DNA of 33,750 nucleotides from a virus (Duplodnaviria; Heunggongvirae; Uroviricota; Caudoviricetes): IMG/VR virus record IMGVR_UViG_2778261166_000006, positions 1 to 33,750 of that record; one strand, 5' to 3'. Shown piece by piece: positions 24,200 to 33,750 of this stretch (position 1 is its first letter; each line of letters starts with the position of its first letter). The notes under the pieces were generated by a model. It saw only the letters and a program-made list of their open reading frames with translations, ran no database searches and was not told where the DNA came from. The position numbers and the translations under genes were made by a program.

Positions 24200-25679
24200 C
24201 ACCATTCCGTCGAATACGCTGGTTCCGTTGTTTTATGCGGAAATGGATAACCAGGCGGCGAATACTGCACAGGACAGCGGAGCATCGCTGCTGATTGGTC
24301 ATGCCAATAACGGTGCAGAAATTGTTGCCAACAGTCTGGTACTGATGCCGTCGGCAGACTATGCCCGCCAGATTTGTGGTGCGGGAAGTCAGCTGGCGCG
24401 TATGGTCGAGGCTTATCGCCAGACTGACCCGTTTGGTGAACTGTATGTGATTGCCGTTCCTGAATCCACAGGCGCGGCGGCAACGGTTACGCTGACGGTG
24501 ACCGGGGCGGCAACCGAAACCGGCACGGTGAATGTGTATGTGGGACGTACCCGCGTGCAGGCACCGGTGACCAACGGCGATAACGTCGCGACCATTGCCA
24601 GCAGTATCCAGGATGCCATCAATGCCGTTCCGACTCTGCCGTTTACAGCTTCATCTTCGGCTGGTGTGGTCACGCTGACCGCGCGTCATAAGGGGCTTTG
24701 CGGGAATGAAATTCCTGTCAGCCTCAATTACTACGGCTTCGGTGGGGGCGAAGTGCTGCCAGCGGGCGTACAGATTGCCGTGGCGACGGGTACCGCCGGA
24801 ACGGGCGCTCCGGTTCTCACCGGTGCGGTGGCTGCAATGGCGGATGAGCCGTTTGATTATATCGGTCTGCCGTTCAACGACACGGCCTCCGTTAACACGC
24901 TGGTGACCGAGATGAACGATACCAGCGGTCGTTGGAGCTATGCGCGTCAGCTGTATGGTCATGTGTATACGGCAAAGACCGGCACGCTGTCAGAACTGGT
25001 GACCGCAGGTGACCAGTTTAACCAGCAGCACATTACCCTGGCGGGGTACGAAAAAGAAACCCAGACACCTGCCGACGAGCTGGCGGCAAGCCGTACCGCC
25101 CGCGCAGCGGTGTTTATCCGCAACGATCCTGCACGTCCCACGCAGACCGGTGAGCTGGTGGGTATGCTGCCTGCGCCGAAGGGGAAACGGTTCACGATGA
25201 CCGAGCAGCAGACCCTGCTGTCTCATGGCGTGGCAACGGCGTATGTCGAAAGCGGGGTGCTGCGCATTCAGCGTGATGTCACCACGTACAGGAAAAACGC
25301 TTACGGGGTTGCGGATAACAGCTACCTCGACAGTGAGACGCTGCATACCAGCGCGTATGTACTGCGCAAACTGAAATCCGTCATTACCAGTAAGTACGGG
25401 CGTCACAAGCTTGCCAGTGACGGTACCCGCTTTGGTCCCGGTCAGGCGATTGTCACCCCGGCGGTAATCAAAGGGGAACTGCTGGCAACCTACCGTCAGC
25501 TTGAGCGTGCGGGGATCGTGGAAAACTACGAACTGTTTAAGCAGTACCTGGTTGTGGAGCGTGATGCCAGCGATCCGAACCGTCTGAACACGCTGTTCCC
25601 GCCTGACTATGTTAACCAGTTGCGTGTCTTTGCCGTGGTTAACCAGTTCCGTCTTCAGTATTCAGAGGAGTCTGCATAA
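24183..25679 (+). CDS. Contractile tail sheath protein (Mu gpL-like)
   Basis: 498 aa, immediately before the tube gene; family call from recollection. Confidence 0.75.
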   Translation: MTISFNTIPSNTLVPLFYAEMDNQAANTAQDSGASLLIGHANNGAEIVANSLVLMPSADYARQICGAGSQLARMVEAYRQTDPFGELYVIAVPESTGAAATVTLTVTGAATETGTVNVYVGRTRVQAPVTNGDNVATIASSIQDAINAVPTLPFTASSSAGVVTLTARHKGLCGNEIPVSLNYYGFGGGEVLPAGVQIAVATGTAGTGAPVLTGAVAAMADEPFDYIGLPFNDTASVNTLVTEMNDTSGRWSYARQLYGHVYTAKTGTLSELVTAGDQFNQQHITLAGYEKETQTPADELAASRTARAAVFIRNDPARPTQTGELVGMLPAPKGKRFTMTEQQTLLSHGVATAYVESGVLRIQRDVTTYRKNAYGVADNSYLDSETLHTSAYVLRKLKSVITSKYGRHKLASDGTRFGPGQAIVTPAVIKGELLATYRQLERAGIVENYELFKQYLVVERDASDPNRLNTLFPPDYVNQLRVFAVVNQFRLQYSEESA

Positions 25680-26035
25680 TGGCCCGTATCGGGGGAACCT
25701 GTTATTTCAAAATTGACGGTCAGCAGCTATCGCTGACCGGCGGCATTGAGGTGCCCATGAACAGGACGGTCAATGATGACATCATCGGCCTGGACGGTTC
25801 AGTGGACCGCAAGGAAACTCACCGTGCGCCTTATGTCAAAGGGACCTTCAAGGTGCCGAAGAATTTTCCGGTAAGCAAAATCACCTCGTCTGATGAGATG
25901 ACCATCACTGCCGAGCTGGCGAACGGTCAGGTCTATGTACTGTCGTCCGCCTGGCTGCACGGAGAAGCGAACCATAATGCCGAAGAAGGCACGGTTGATC
26001 TTGAGTTCCACGGTGAAGAAGGGGATTACCAGTAA
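25679..26035 (+). CDS. Tail tube protein (Mu gpM-like)
   Basis: 118 aa after the sheath gene; ATAATGG overlap. Confidence 0.65.
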   Translation: MARIGGTCYFKIDGQQLSLTGGIEVPMNRTVNDDIIGLDGSVDRKETHRAPYVKGTFKVPKNFPVSKITSSDEMTITAELANGQVYVLSSAWLHGEANHNAEEGTVDLEFHGEEGDYQ

Positions 26036-26304
26036 TGAAAGAGCTTGAGTTAAAGAAACCGATTATCGCTCATGGTGAGACACTCTCCGTACTGGAGTTT
26101 GATGAACCCACCGGGAAGGATGTCCGCGAGCTGGGGTATCCCTACCAGATGAATCAGGATGAGTCAGTCAGACTTCTGGCGCATGTGGTGTCGAAATACA
26201 TTGTGCGGCTGGCGAAAGTGCCGCAAAGCTCTGTCGACCAGATGTCTCCGGCAGACCTGAATGCAGCGGCGTGGCTTGTGGCTGGTTTTTTCCTCCAGGC
26301 CTGA
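26035..26304 (+). CDS. Tail assembly chaperone
   Basis: Directly upstream of the tape measure gene; overlapping downstream ORF reachable by a -1 shift. Confidence 0.55.
   Translation: MKELELKKPIIAHGETLSVLEFDEPTGKDVRELGYPYQMNQDESVRLLAHVVSKYIVRLAKVPQSSVDQMSPADLNAAAWLVAGFFLQA
26286..26292 (+). other. Candidate -1 programmed frameshift slippery heptamer T_TTT_TTC
   Basis: In the chaperone frame the codons are TTT TTC; a -1 slip enters the frame of ORF 26271-26453, which ends next to the tape measure start. Confidence 0.4.
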
Positions 26305-26445
26305 CGGCTGAATACCTCACTGATCGCTTCTTTGACTGCGCCAGATACTGGCGCATTAATCCCTTCGAATTGCTGAATATGCCGATCAGTGAAATTCCCT
26401 TGCTGGTCAGTCAGGCAAACAGGATAGAGCAGGAGAAACGCACAC

Positions 26446-28281
26446 ATGGCTGAATTTGAGCTTAAGGCGTTGATCACCGGTGTCGACAGGCTTTCTCCCG
26501 CGCTGTCGAAAATGCAAAAGAAAATCCGGGGATTTAAACGCCAGGCGGAAGAAGCGTCACAGGGTGGGCTGGCGCTTGGGGGCGGACTGGCAGCGGGTCT
26601 GACGCTTTCCCTGAAATCTTATGCCGATCAGGAAAACGCCGCCACCGGGCTGAAAGTCGCCATGATGGATGCGAACGGCGAGGTTGGAAAGAGCTTTCAG
26701 GACATCAATAAACTGGCTATTGGCCTGGGTAACCAGCTACCCGGTACAACGGCTGATTTTCAGAACATGATGCAGATGCTGGTGCGTCAGGGGATCCCGG
26801 CAGAAAACATTCTTGGCGGTGTGGGTAAAGCGACTGCATATCTTGCGGTACAACTGAAAAAAACACCGGAAGCGGCTGCTGAGTTTTCCGCAAAAATGCA
26901 GGATGCTACCGGAACGGCGTCAGAAGACATGATGGGGCTGTTCGACACTATCCAGAAGGCGTTTTATCTGGGCGTTGACGATACCAACATGTTGTCCTTC
27001 TTCACTAAAACCAGTTCTGTTCTGAAGATGGTGAACAAGGACGGTCTTCAGGCTGCACAGAGCCTTGCCCCCATCAGCGTCATGATGGATCAGATGGGGA
27101 TGAACGGGGAGTCGGCAGGTAATGCCCTGCGAAAAGTTATCCAGTCCGGATTAAGCGTTAAGAAAATCAGGGACGTCAATAAAGTTATGGCCCGCCAGAA
27201 ACTCGGGGTACAGCTCGATTTTACTGACGGCAAAGGGAGTTTTGGCGGTCTTGATAACATGTTCAGGCAACTGGCAAAGTTGCGAAAACTGACCGACGTT
27301 AAGCGAACAGGCGTACTTAAGGCAATATTTGGTGATGATGCCGAAACCCTTCAGGTGGTCAATGCCCTGATCGATAAAGGAAAGGATGGCTACGATCAGA
27401 TCCAGCAGAAGATGAATAAACAGGCCAGCCTGAATAAACGTGTTCAGGCTCAGCTTGGTACGCTGTCCAACCTGTGGGAGGCAATGACGGGGACCGCAAC
27501 TAACGGCCTTGCGGCTATTGGCGGCGCATTTTCTGGTGACGCTAAGAACATCACGCAGTGGCTGGGGGAGTTGGGGGAGAAATTCACGAAGTTTGCGGAT
27601 GAAAATCCCCGGGTTATTCGCGGCGTCGTCGGGCTTGCTGCCGGTCTTGCGATTCTGAAACTGGGATTGATGGGCGTGGGCAGTGCCATCAGCATTGTCA
27701 GCAGGATCATGTCGATGACGCCGATTGGCATGATTGCGACGGCGATAGCCCTGGCTGCGGGATTAATTATCACTAACTGGGATGTTGTCGGACCTTATTT
27801 CAAGAAGCTCTGGGAAACCATTGGTCCTTATTTTGAGACTGGCCGGGAACTTCTTAAGAAGGTTTTTGCCTGGTCGCCGCTGGGGATGGTGATCAATAAC
27901 TGGGGACCGGTTGTTAAGTGGTTTCAGGATATGTGGGACAAGCTGAAGCCAATTATTGAGTGGTTTACCGACAGTTCCGGTGACACGGTCGATGCCATTA
28001 ACTCTGCGCAGTGGGGCGCGGGTGCTTATGATGCTTATGGGACGGGAATACCGGCACGGGGATACACACCTTATCCGGCGGTAGATCTGGCTCAGTCAAA
28101 CAACGCCTCCGATGCCACAGGCCCGAATCCCTTCATGATTAACAAAGCTTCTGCGCCAAAAGTTGATGGTGAGATCAAGGTCTCTTTTGTGAATTCGCCT
28201 CCGGGTATGCGGGTTATGGAAACGCGATCCAGCGGTTTTGATATCAGCCATGATGTTGGCTATACGCGCTTTGGCAGGTAA
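26446..28281 (+). CDS. Tail tape measure protein
   Basis: 611 aa with Ala/Gly-rich and hydrophobic segments; position after the chaperone. Confidence 0.85.
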   Translation: MAEFELKALITGVDRLSPALSKMQKKIRGFKRQAEEASQGGLALGGGLAAGLTLSLKSYADQENAATGLKVAMMDANGEVGKSFQDINKLAIGLGNQLPGTTADFQNMMQMLVRQGIPAENILGGVGKATAYLAVQLKKTPEAAAEFSAKMQDATGTASEDMMGLFDTIQKAFYLGVDDTNMLSFFTKTSSVLKMVNKDGLQAAQSLAPISVMMDQMGMNGESAGNALRKVIQSGLSVKKIRDVNKVMARQKLGVQLDFTDGKGSFGGLDNMFRQLAKLRKLTDVKRTGVLKAIFGDDAETLQVVNALIDKGKDGYDQIQQKMNKQASLNKRVQAQLGTLSNLWEAMTGTATNGLAAIGGAFSGDAKNITQWLGELGEKFTKFADENPRVIRGVVGLAAGLAILKLGLMGVGSAISIVSRIMSMTPIGMIATAIALAAGLIITNWDVVGPYFKKLWETIGPYFETGRELLKKVFAWSPLGMVINNWGPVVKWFQDMWDKLKPIIEWFTDSSGDTVDAINSAQWGAGAYDAYGTGIPARGYTPYPAVDLAQSNNASDATGPNPFMINKASAPKVDGEIKVSFVNSPPGMRVMETRSSGFDISHDVGYTRFGR

Positions 28282-28304
28282 TGAAAAATTAATCTGTTAA
28301 TGAG

Positions 28305-28326
28305 TCCCACTCCGGTGGGATTTTTT
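28305..28326 (+). terminator. Hairpin TCCCAC-TCCG-GTGGGA followed by TTTTTT
   Basis: Lies between the tape measure gene and the next tail gene. Confidence 0.4.
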
Positions 28327-28341
28327 ATGTACGGAGTTTAT

Positions 28342-29667
28342 ATGACGTGGAAAGACAGACTTCAGGACGCGTCATTTCGCGGTGTGCCGTTTAAGGTTGA
28401 AGAAGAAAGTGCGGGAACCGGTCGTCGTGTGGAAACGCACGAATACCCGAACCGCGACAAACCCTATACCGAAGACCTGGGGAAAATCACTTTCCGCCCG
28501 TCCATCACGGCTTATGTGGTGGGAGATGACTGCTTTGACCAGCGCGATCGCCTGATTGACGCGCTGAATAAACCCGGTCCCGGCACGCTTGTCCATCCGA
28601 CTTACGGTGAGCTGAAAGTCTGTGTTGACGGAGAGGTTCGGGTCAGCACATCGAAGAGTGAAGGGCGTATTGTCCGCTTTGACCTGAAGTTTGTCGAAGC
28701 GGGAGAACTCTCTTACCCCACATCAGGTGCGGCGACGGCGCAGACGCTGATGTCATCCTGTTCTGCACTGGATGACTGCATCAGTGACAGTTTCAGTAGT
28801 TTCAGTATCGATGGCGTGGCAGATTTTGTGCAGAACGACGTCGTCGGTAATGCCAGCACAATGCTTGGGTATGTTTCTGATGCGATGAAAGTGGTGGATT
28901 CTGCCGTATCGGATGCCGCTAGGCTATTGCAGGGGGATATCTCGGTACTTCTGTCGCCGCCATCGTCAGGCAAAAATTTCGTTGAGCAGGTGCAGAAAAT
29001 GTGGCGTACCGGGAAACGCCTTTATGGTAACGCCAGCGACCTGGTCACCATGATCAAAACGTTTTCCGGGGTCAGTCTCGGCAGCAATCTGCAACCCCGC
29101 GGCATCTGGAAAACGGACAGTAAAACCACCGCCACGGCTACGCAGCAGCGTAACGTGGTTGCCAGCACCCTTCGTACGACCGCAATCAGCGAAGCGGCGT
29201 ATGCCGTCACCCGATTGCCTGCGCCCACAACTTCCGCGGTGATGCAGAATGCCACCGTGGGGCAGTCAACAACACCCGCGCAGAGCACTGGCTGGCCTTC
29301 CGTCACGCATCCGGCACTGAACAATGCACCTGCGGTGAAAAACACGGTTGACCTGCCAACGTGGGAAGAACTGACCGACATTCGCGACACACTGAATACG
29401 GCAATTGATAAGGAGTTGTCCCGTACAACCAGTGATGCGCTGTTTCTGGCGCTGCGCCGGGTGAAAGCAGATCTGAATGCGGATATCAACACGCGCCTTG
29501 AACAGTCTGCTCGGATCATTCAGCGCACACCGGATGAGGTTTTACCCGCGCTGGTGCTGGCGGCGACCTGGTTTGATAACGCGGCGCGTGACGCGGACAT
29601 TATCCGGCGTAATGCCATTACGCATCCCGGCTTTGTGCCGGTGATCCCTCTGAAGGTGCCAGTGTAA
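28342..29667 (+). CDS. DNA circularization protein (Mu gpN-like)
   Basis: MTWKDRLQDASFRGVPFKVEEESAGTGRR is a typical N-terminus for this family; ACGGAG ribosome-binding site. Confidence 0.7.
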   Translation: MTWKDRLQDASFRGVPFKVEEESAGTGRRVETHEYPNRDKPYTEDLGKITFRPSITAYVVGDDCFDQRDRLIDALNKPGPGTLVHPTYGELKVCVDGEVRVSTSKSEGRIVRFDLKFVEAGELSYPTSGAATAQTLMSSCSALDDCISDSFSSFSIDGVADFVQNDVVGNASTMLGYVSDAMKVVDSAVSDAARLLQGDISVLLSPPSSGKNFVEQVQKMWRTGKRLYGNASDLVTMIKTFSGVSLGSNLQPRGIWKTDSKTTATATQQRNVVASTLRTTAISEAAYAVTRLPAPTTSAVMQNATVGQSTTPAQSTGWPSVTHPALNNAPAVKNTVDLPTWEELTDIRDTLNTAIDKELSRTTSDALFLALRRVKADLNADINTRLEQSARIIQRTPDEVLPALVLAATWFDNAARDADIIRRNAITHPGFVPVIPLKVPV

Positions 29668-30746
29668 TGAACGACAATGTCACGCTACGGGTAAATGGCC
29701 GGGAGTGGAATGGCTGGACATCGGTGCGCATCGGTGCCGGTATTGAACGGCTGGCGCGGGATTTCAGTGTGGAGATCACCCGCCAGTGGCCGGGAGATGA
29801 GGGTATCACCACGCTTCAGCCGCGCATAAAAAATGGTTCAAAAGTGGAAGTGCTGATTGGTGATGAGCTGGTGATCACCGGCTGGGTGGAGGCGACCCCC
29901 GTTCGTTACGATGCCCGTTCGGTCAGCACCGGTATTGCCGGACGTAGTCTGACTGCTGACCTGATTGACTGCGCAGCCGAACCGACACAGTTTAACGGAC
30001 GATCGCTGGTACAGATTGCGCAGGCGCTTGCTGCGCCTTTCGGCATTGAGGTGGTGAACAGCGATGCGCCGTCGGGAGTTATTCCGGATGTCCAGCCTGA
30101 TCACGGTGAAACGGTGATCGAGGTGATCAACAAAATACTCGGTCAGCAGCAGGCGCTGGCTTATGACGACCCGCACGGCAGGCTGGTGATTGGTGGTATT
30201 GGCTCAACGCGGGCACATACCGCGCTGGTACTTGGGGAAAACATCCTTTCCTGTGATACGGAGAAGAGTATCCGGGAGCGGTTTTCAGTTTACCAGGTGG
30301 CGGGGCAGCGTGCCGGAAACGACGATGATTTCGGTGAGGCCACCACCACCGCGCTGCGGGCCCGCACAGAGGATGCATTTATTGCCCGTTACCGTCCGAT
30401 GTATATCAGGCAGACAGGGCAGGCCACGGGGGCAGGCTGTATTGCGCGTGCTGACTTTGAAGCCCGACAACGGGCGGCGCGGACGGATGAAACCACCTAT
30501 GTGGTGCAGGGCTGGCGACAGGGTAACGGTACGCTGTGGCAGCCCAACCAGCGGGTGATTGTCTTCGATCCGGTCTGTGGTTTCGACAATACCGAACTGC
30601 TTGTCTCGGAAGTCACGTTTACTCAGGACCAGAATGGCACCCTGACGGAAATCCGTGTCGGCCCACCTGATGCTTATCTGCCTGAACCCGAAGCCCCCGG
30701 TGCGCGGAAAAAGAAAAAAGCCAGAGTACAGGAGGACCCGTTCTGA
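29667..30746 (+). CDS. Tail/baseplate hub protein (Mu gpP-like)
   Basis: 359 aa in conserved Mu-like tail gene order. Confidence 0.65.
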   Translation: MNDNVTLRVNGREWNGWTSVRIGAGIERLARDFSVEITRQWPGDEGITTLQPRIKNGSKVEVLIGDELVITGWVEATPVRYDARSVSTGIAGRSLTADLIDCAAEPTQFNGRSLVQIAQALAAPFGIEVVNSDAPSGVIPDVQPDHGETVIEVINKILGQQQALAYDDPHGRLVIGGIGSTRAHTALVLGENILSCDTEKSIRERFSVYQVAGQRAGNDDDFGEATTTALRARTEDAFIARYRPMYIRQTGQATGAGCIARADFEARQRAARTDETTYVVQGWRQGNGTLWQPNQRVIVFDPVCGFDNTELLVSEVTFTQDQNGTLTEIRVGPPDAYLPEPEAPGARKKKKARVQEDPF

Positions 30747-31294
30747 TGAAGGCGATTGAAACCATACAGCGACAACTCCTCGGCCTGATTGGGCGGGCGG
30801 TGGTGAAAAGCATCAGTGCCGCCACGAAATGTCAGACCGTGGATGTGTCCCTGATTGCCGGTGAACCCAAAGCCGGGGTTGAACATCTTGAACCCTACGG
30901 TTTTACCGCAAGGGCAAACAGCGGTGCGGAAGCGGTGGTGTTGTTTCCGGATGGTGACCGTTCTCATGCGGTGGTTGTTACGGTGTCGGACCGGCGCTAC
31001 CGCCTGAAAGGGCTGCAGACGGGTGAGGTGGCTGTCTATGACGATCAGGGGCAGTCCGTGACGCTGACCCGGGAGGGGATCGTGGTGGACGGTGCAGGTA
31101 AAACGATCACGTTTCGCAATTCACCTAAAGCACGTTTTGAAATGGACCTGGAAGTGACAGGACAGGTGAAAGACCTGTGCGACTCCAGCGGCACCACCAT
31201 GTCAGCGATGCGGCTTGCCTATAACGGGCATCGTCACAGAGAGAACGGTCAGGGCAGTAACACCGACAAACCTGATAAAGCGATGGAGGCATGA
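30746..31294 (+). CDS. Baseplate assembly protein V (spike)
   Basis: Size and position; coupled start. Confidence 0.7.
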   Translation: MKAIETIQRQLLGLIGRAVVKSISAATKCQTVDVSLIAGEPKAGVEHLEPYGFTARANSGAEAVVLFPDGDRSHAVVVTVSDRRYRLKGLQTGEVAVYDDQGQSVTLTREGIVVDGAGKTITFRNSPKARFEMDLEVTGQVKDLCDSSGTTMSAMRLAYNGHRHRENGQGSNTDKPDKAMEA

Positions 31295-31719
31295 TGGAAC
31301 TGTGGCTGACGGTGAACGGTAAACGCATCTGCGCCAGCGCACCGCTGGATCCGCTGACCCGCGCCGTGGTGATTTCCCTGTTTACCTGGCGGCGGGCGGA
31401 GCCTGATGACAACGCCGACGTCCCGATGGGATGGTGGGGGGATACCTGGCCTGCGGTACAGAATGACCGTTACGGCTCCCGACTGTGGCTGCTTCAGCGC
31501 AGCAAACTGACCAATCAGCTGGTGCTGACGGTAAGGGGGTATATCCGCGAATGCCTGCAATGGATGATTGATGACGGCGTGGTGTCCCGTATTGATCTGG
31601 ATATCCGCCGCACCGGGATTAATGAACTGGGTAACAGTATCACTCTCTGGCGTCGTGACGGACCGGTAATGATTTCTTTTGATGATCTGTGGAGTGCGAT
31701 AACGCATGGCGGACAGTGA
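31291..31719 (+). CDS. Baseplate protein (Mu gp46 / gpW-like)
   Basis: 142 aa between the V-like and J-like genes. Confidence 0.6.
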   Translation: MMELWLTVNGKRICASAPLDPLTRAVVISLFTWRRAEPDDNADVPMGWWGDTWPAVQNDRYGSRLWLLQRSKLTNQLVLTVRGYIRECLQWMIDDGVVSRIDLDIRRTGINELGNSITLWRRDGPVMISFDDLWSAITHGGQ

Positions 31720-32764
31720 ATTTCAGCGCCCGACGCTGGCAGAAAATATCAGTATGCTCCGTAACGATTTATTCGCCAGGCTGGACGTCAGCGACACGCT
31801 CCGGCGCATGGATGAAGACGTGCGGGCAAAGGTGTATGCGGCGGCGCTGCATACGGTTTACGGGTACATCGATTATCTGGCAATGAACATGCTGCCTGAC
31901 CTGTGCGATGAGTTCTGGCTGGCGCGACATGCTGCGATGAAACGGTGTCCGCGCAAGGGGGCCACGGCTGCCAGCGGGTATATGCGCTGGGAAGGTGTCA
32001 GCGATGGCCTGAAGGTGACCGCCGGGAGTGTTATTCAGCGCGATGACCTGGTTCAGTATACTGCAACTGCCGATGCAACCAGCTCCGGTGGTGTCCTGCG
32101 CGTGCCGATCGCCTGCTCAAATGCAGGCGCGGTCGGTAACGCTGACGACGGTACGGCATTAATCCTGGTCACGCCGGTGAATGGTCTGCCGTCTTCCGGT
32201 GTGGCTGACACCCTGACAGGCGGATTTGAAACTGAAGAGCTGGAAACGTGGCGCGCCCGCGTCATTGAGCGGTATTACTGGACGCCGCAGGGCGGGGCTG
32301 ACGGGGACTATGTCGTCTGGGCTAAAGAAGTGCCCGGCATTACCCGTGCATGGACATACCGTCACTGGATGGGAACGGGAACTGTCGGTGTGATGATTGC
32401 CGGCAGTGACCTGATTAATCCCATTCCGGAAGAATCAACGGAAACGGCGGCAAGACAACATATCGGGCCACTGGCCCCGGTGGCAGGCTCTGATTTGTAT
32501 GTGTTCAGGCCGGTGGCTCATACGGTGGATTTTCATATCCGCGTGACGCCGGACACACCGGAAATACGGGCTGCCATCACCGCGGAGTTGCGTTCGTTCC
32601 TGCTGCGTGATGGTTATCCGCAGGGAGAACTGAAGGTATCGCGTATCAGTGAGGCGATTTCCGGTGCGAACGGGGAATACAGCCATCAGTTGCTTGCACC
32701 GGCAGACGATATCTCCATTGCAAAAAATGAACTGGCGGTACTGGGGACGATTTCATGGACGTGA
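31706..32764 (+). CDS. Baseplate J-like protein
   Basis: [26 protein letters not shown] is a typical gpJ-family N-terminus. Confidence 0.75.
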   Translation: MADSEFQRPTLAENISMLRNDLFARLDVSDTLRRMDEDVRAKVYAAALHTVYGYIDYLAMNMLPDLCDEFWLARHAAMKRCPRKGATAASGYMRWEGVSDGLKVTAGSVIQRDDLVQYTATADATSSGGVLRVPIACSNAGAVGNADDGTALILVTPVNGLPSSGVADTLTGGFETEELETWRARVIERYYWTPQGGADGDYVVWAKEVPGITRAWTYRHWMGTGTVGVMIAGSDLINPIPEESTETAARQHIGPLAPVAGSDLYVFRPVAHTVDFHIRVTPDTPEIRAAITAELRSFLLRDGYPQGELKVSRISEAISGANGEYSHQLLAPADDISIAKNELAVLGTISWT

Positions 32765-33339
32765 CAAACGATGATTACATCCGTCTGTTGTCGGCACTGT
32801 TGCCCCCCGGTCCGGCGTGGTCAGCCAGCGATCCGTCGATTGCCGGTGCGGCACCGTCATTAACCCGCGTTCATCAGCGTGCGGATGCCCTGATGCGGGA
32901 GCTGGATCCGCGCACCACCACTGAACTGATAAACCGCTGGGAGCGTCTGTGCGGTCTGCCGGATGAATGTATTCCCGCAGGGACACAGACCCTTCGCCAG
33001 CGTCAGCAACGGCTGGATGCGAAGGTTAACCTGGCGGGCGGCATCAACGAGAATTTTTATCTTGCACAGCTTGCTGCCCTGGGCAGACCAGACGCTACCA
33101 TCACGCGATACGACAAAAGCACGTTCACCTGCTCATCGGCCTGTACTGACGCGGTGAATGCGCCGGAATGGCGGTATTACTGGCAGGTCAACATGCCAGC
33201 CGCCACAAACACCACCTGGATGACATGTGGCGATCCCTGTGATTCCGCGCTGCGTATCTGGGGCGACACCGTTGTCGAATGTGTGCTTAACAAACTCTGC
33301 CCGTCGCATACCTACGTAATTTTTAAATATCCGGAGTAA
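32755..33339 (+). CDS. Tail protein (Mu gp48-like)
   Basis: Position after the J-like gene. Confidence 0.55.
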   Translation: MDVTNDDYIRLLSALLPPGPAWSASDPSIAGAAPSLTRVHQRADALMRELDPRTTTELINRWERLCGLPDECIPAGTQTLRQRQQRLDAKVNLAGGINENFYLAQLAALGRPDATITRYDKSTFTCSSACTDAVNAPEWRYYWQVNMPAATNTTWMTCGDPCDSALRIWGDTVVECVLNKLCPSHTYVIFKYPE

Positions 33340-33342
33340 TCC

Positions 33343-33750
33343 ATGCATCGTATAGACACGAAAACCGCGCAGAAGGATAAGTTCGGCGCGGGTAAGAACG
33401 GTTTTACCCGTGGTAACCCCCAGACCGGCACTCCTGCCACCGATCTGGATGATGACTACTTTGACATGTTGCAGGAGGAACTTTGCATCGTGGTGGAGGC
33501 ATCCGGTGCCAGCCTGGAGAAGGGGCGGCACGACCAGTTACTTACCGCACTTCGTGCGTTGCTGTTAAGCCGCAAGAATCCGTTTGGTGATATCAAATCG
33601 GACGGCACGGTGAAAACGGCTCTCGAAAACCTTGGTTTGGGAGAAGCGGCAAAACGGGATGTAGGGACAGGGGAAAATCAGATACCGGACATGGCCTCTT
33701 TTGCCAGTGGTGATGGATGGATGAAATTACCCAACGGGAAAATCCTGCAA
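33343..33750 (+). CDS. Tail fiber protein, N-terminal part (truncated by the window end)
   Basis: GGAG then ATG at 33343; [26 protein letters not shown] is a typical tail-fiber N-terminus; open to the window end. Confidence 0.7.
   Translation, partial: MHRIDTKTAQKDKFGAGKNGFTRGNPQTGTPATDLDDDYFDMLQEELCIVVEASGASLEKGRHDQLLTALRALLLSRKNPFGDIKSDGTVKTALENLGLGEAAKRDVGTGENQIPDMASFASGDGWMKLPNGKILQ

Noticed and set aside
1-33750. CRISPR array
   Set aside because: No series of regularly spaced identical direct repeats; the only short repeats are the iteron-like, operator-like and hairpin motifs listed above.

Overview
The window is almost entirely one integrated tailed prophage with a mosaic (SfV-like) build: lambdoid regulation, an HK97-type head module and a Mu-like contractile tail module. 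From left to right: a degenerate IS1-family transposase remnant; an AT-rich GIY-YIG-like gene flanked by three copies of a 24-nt hairpin motif; integrase and excisionase (minus strand); a GC-rich apparently non-coding structured region; two small convergent accessory ORFs; a CI-like repressor and Cro-like gene around a palindromic operator; a translationally coupled early operon (O-like replication protein with internal iteron-like repeats, LexA-domain protein, RusA, KilA-N, DUF968-like, antiterminator Q); an AT-rich two-gene minus-strand cargo operon between Q and the lysis cassette; lambda-like holin, endolysin, Rz and Rz1; an AT-rich trypsin-like serine protease with its own terminator; then HNH endonuclease, terminase small and large subunits, portal, prohead protease, major capsid, head-tail joining genes, sheath, tube, chaperone with a candidate -1 frameshift, tape measure, baseplate genes and the start of a tail fiber gene that runs off the window. 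The strongest candidate for an undescribed system is the two-gene cargo operon (NdpA/YejK-like protein plus a membrane protein). All protein-family calls are from reading the translations and recalled family signatures; no database search was run. I found no CRISPR array, rRNA or tRNA.
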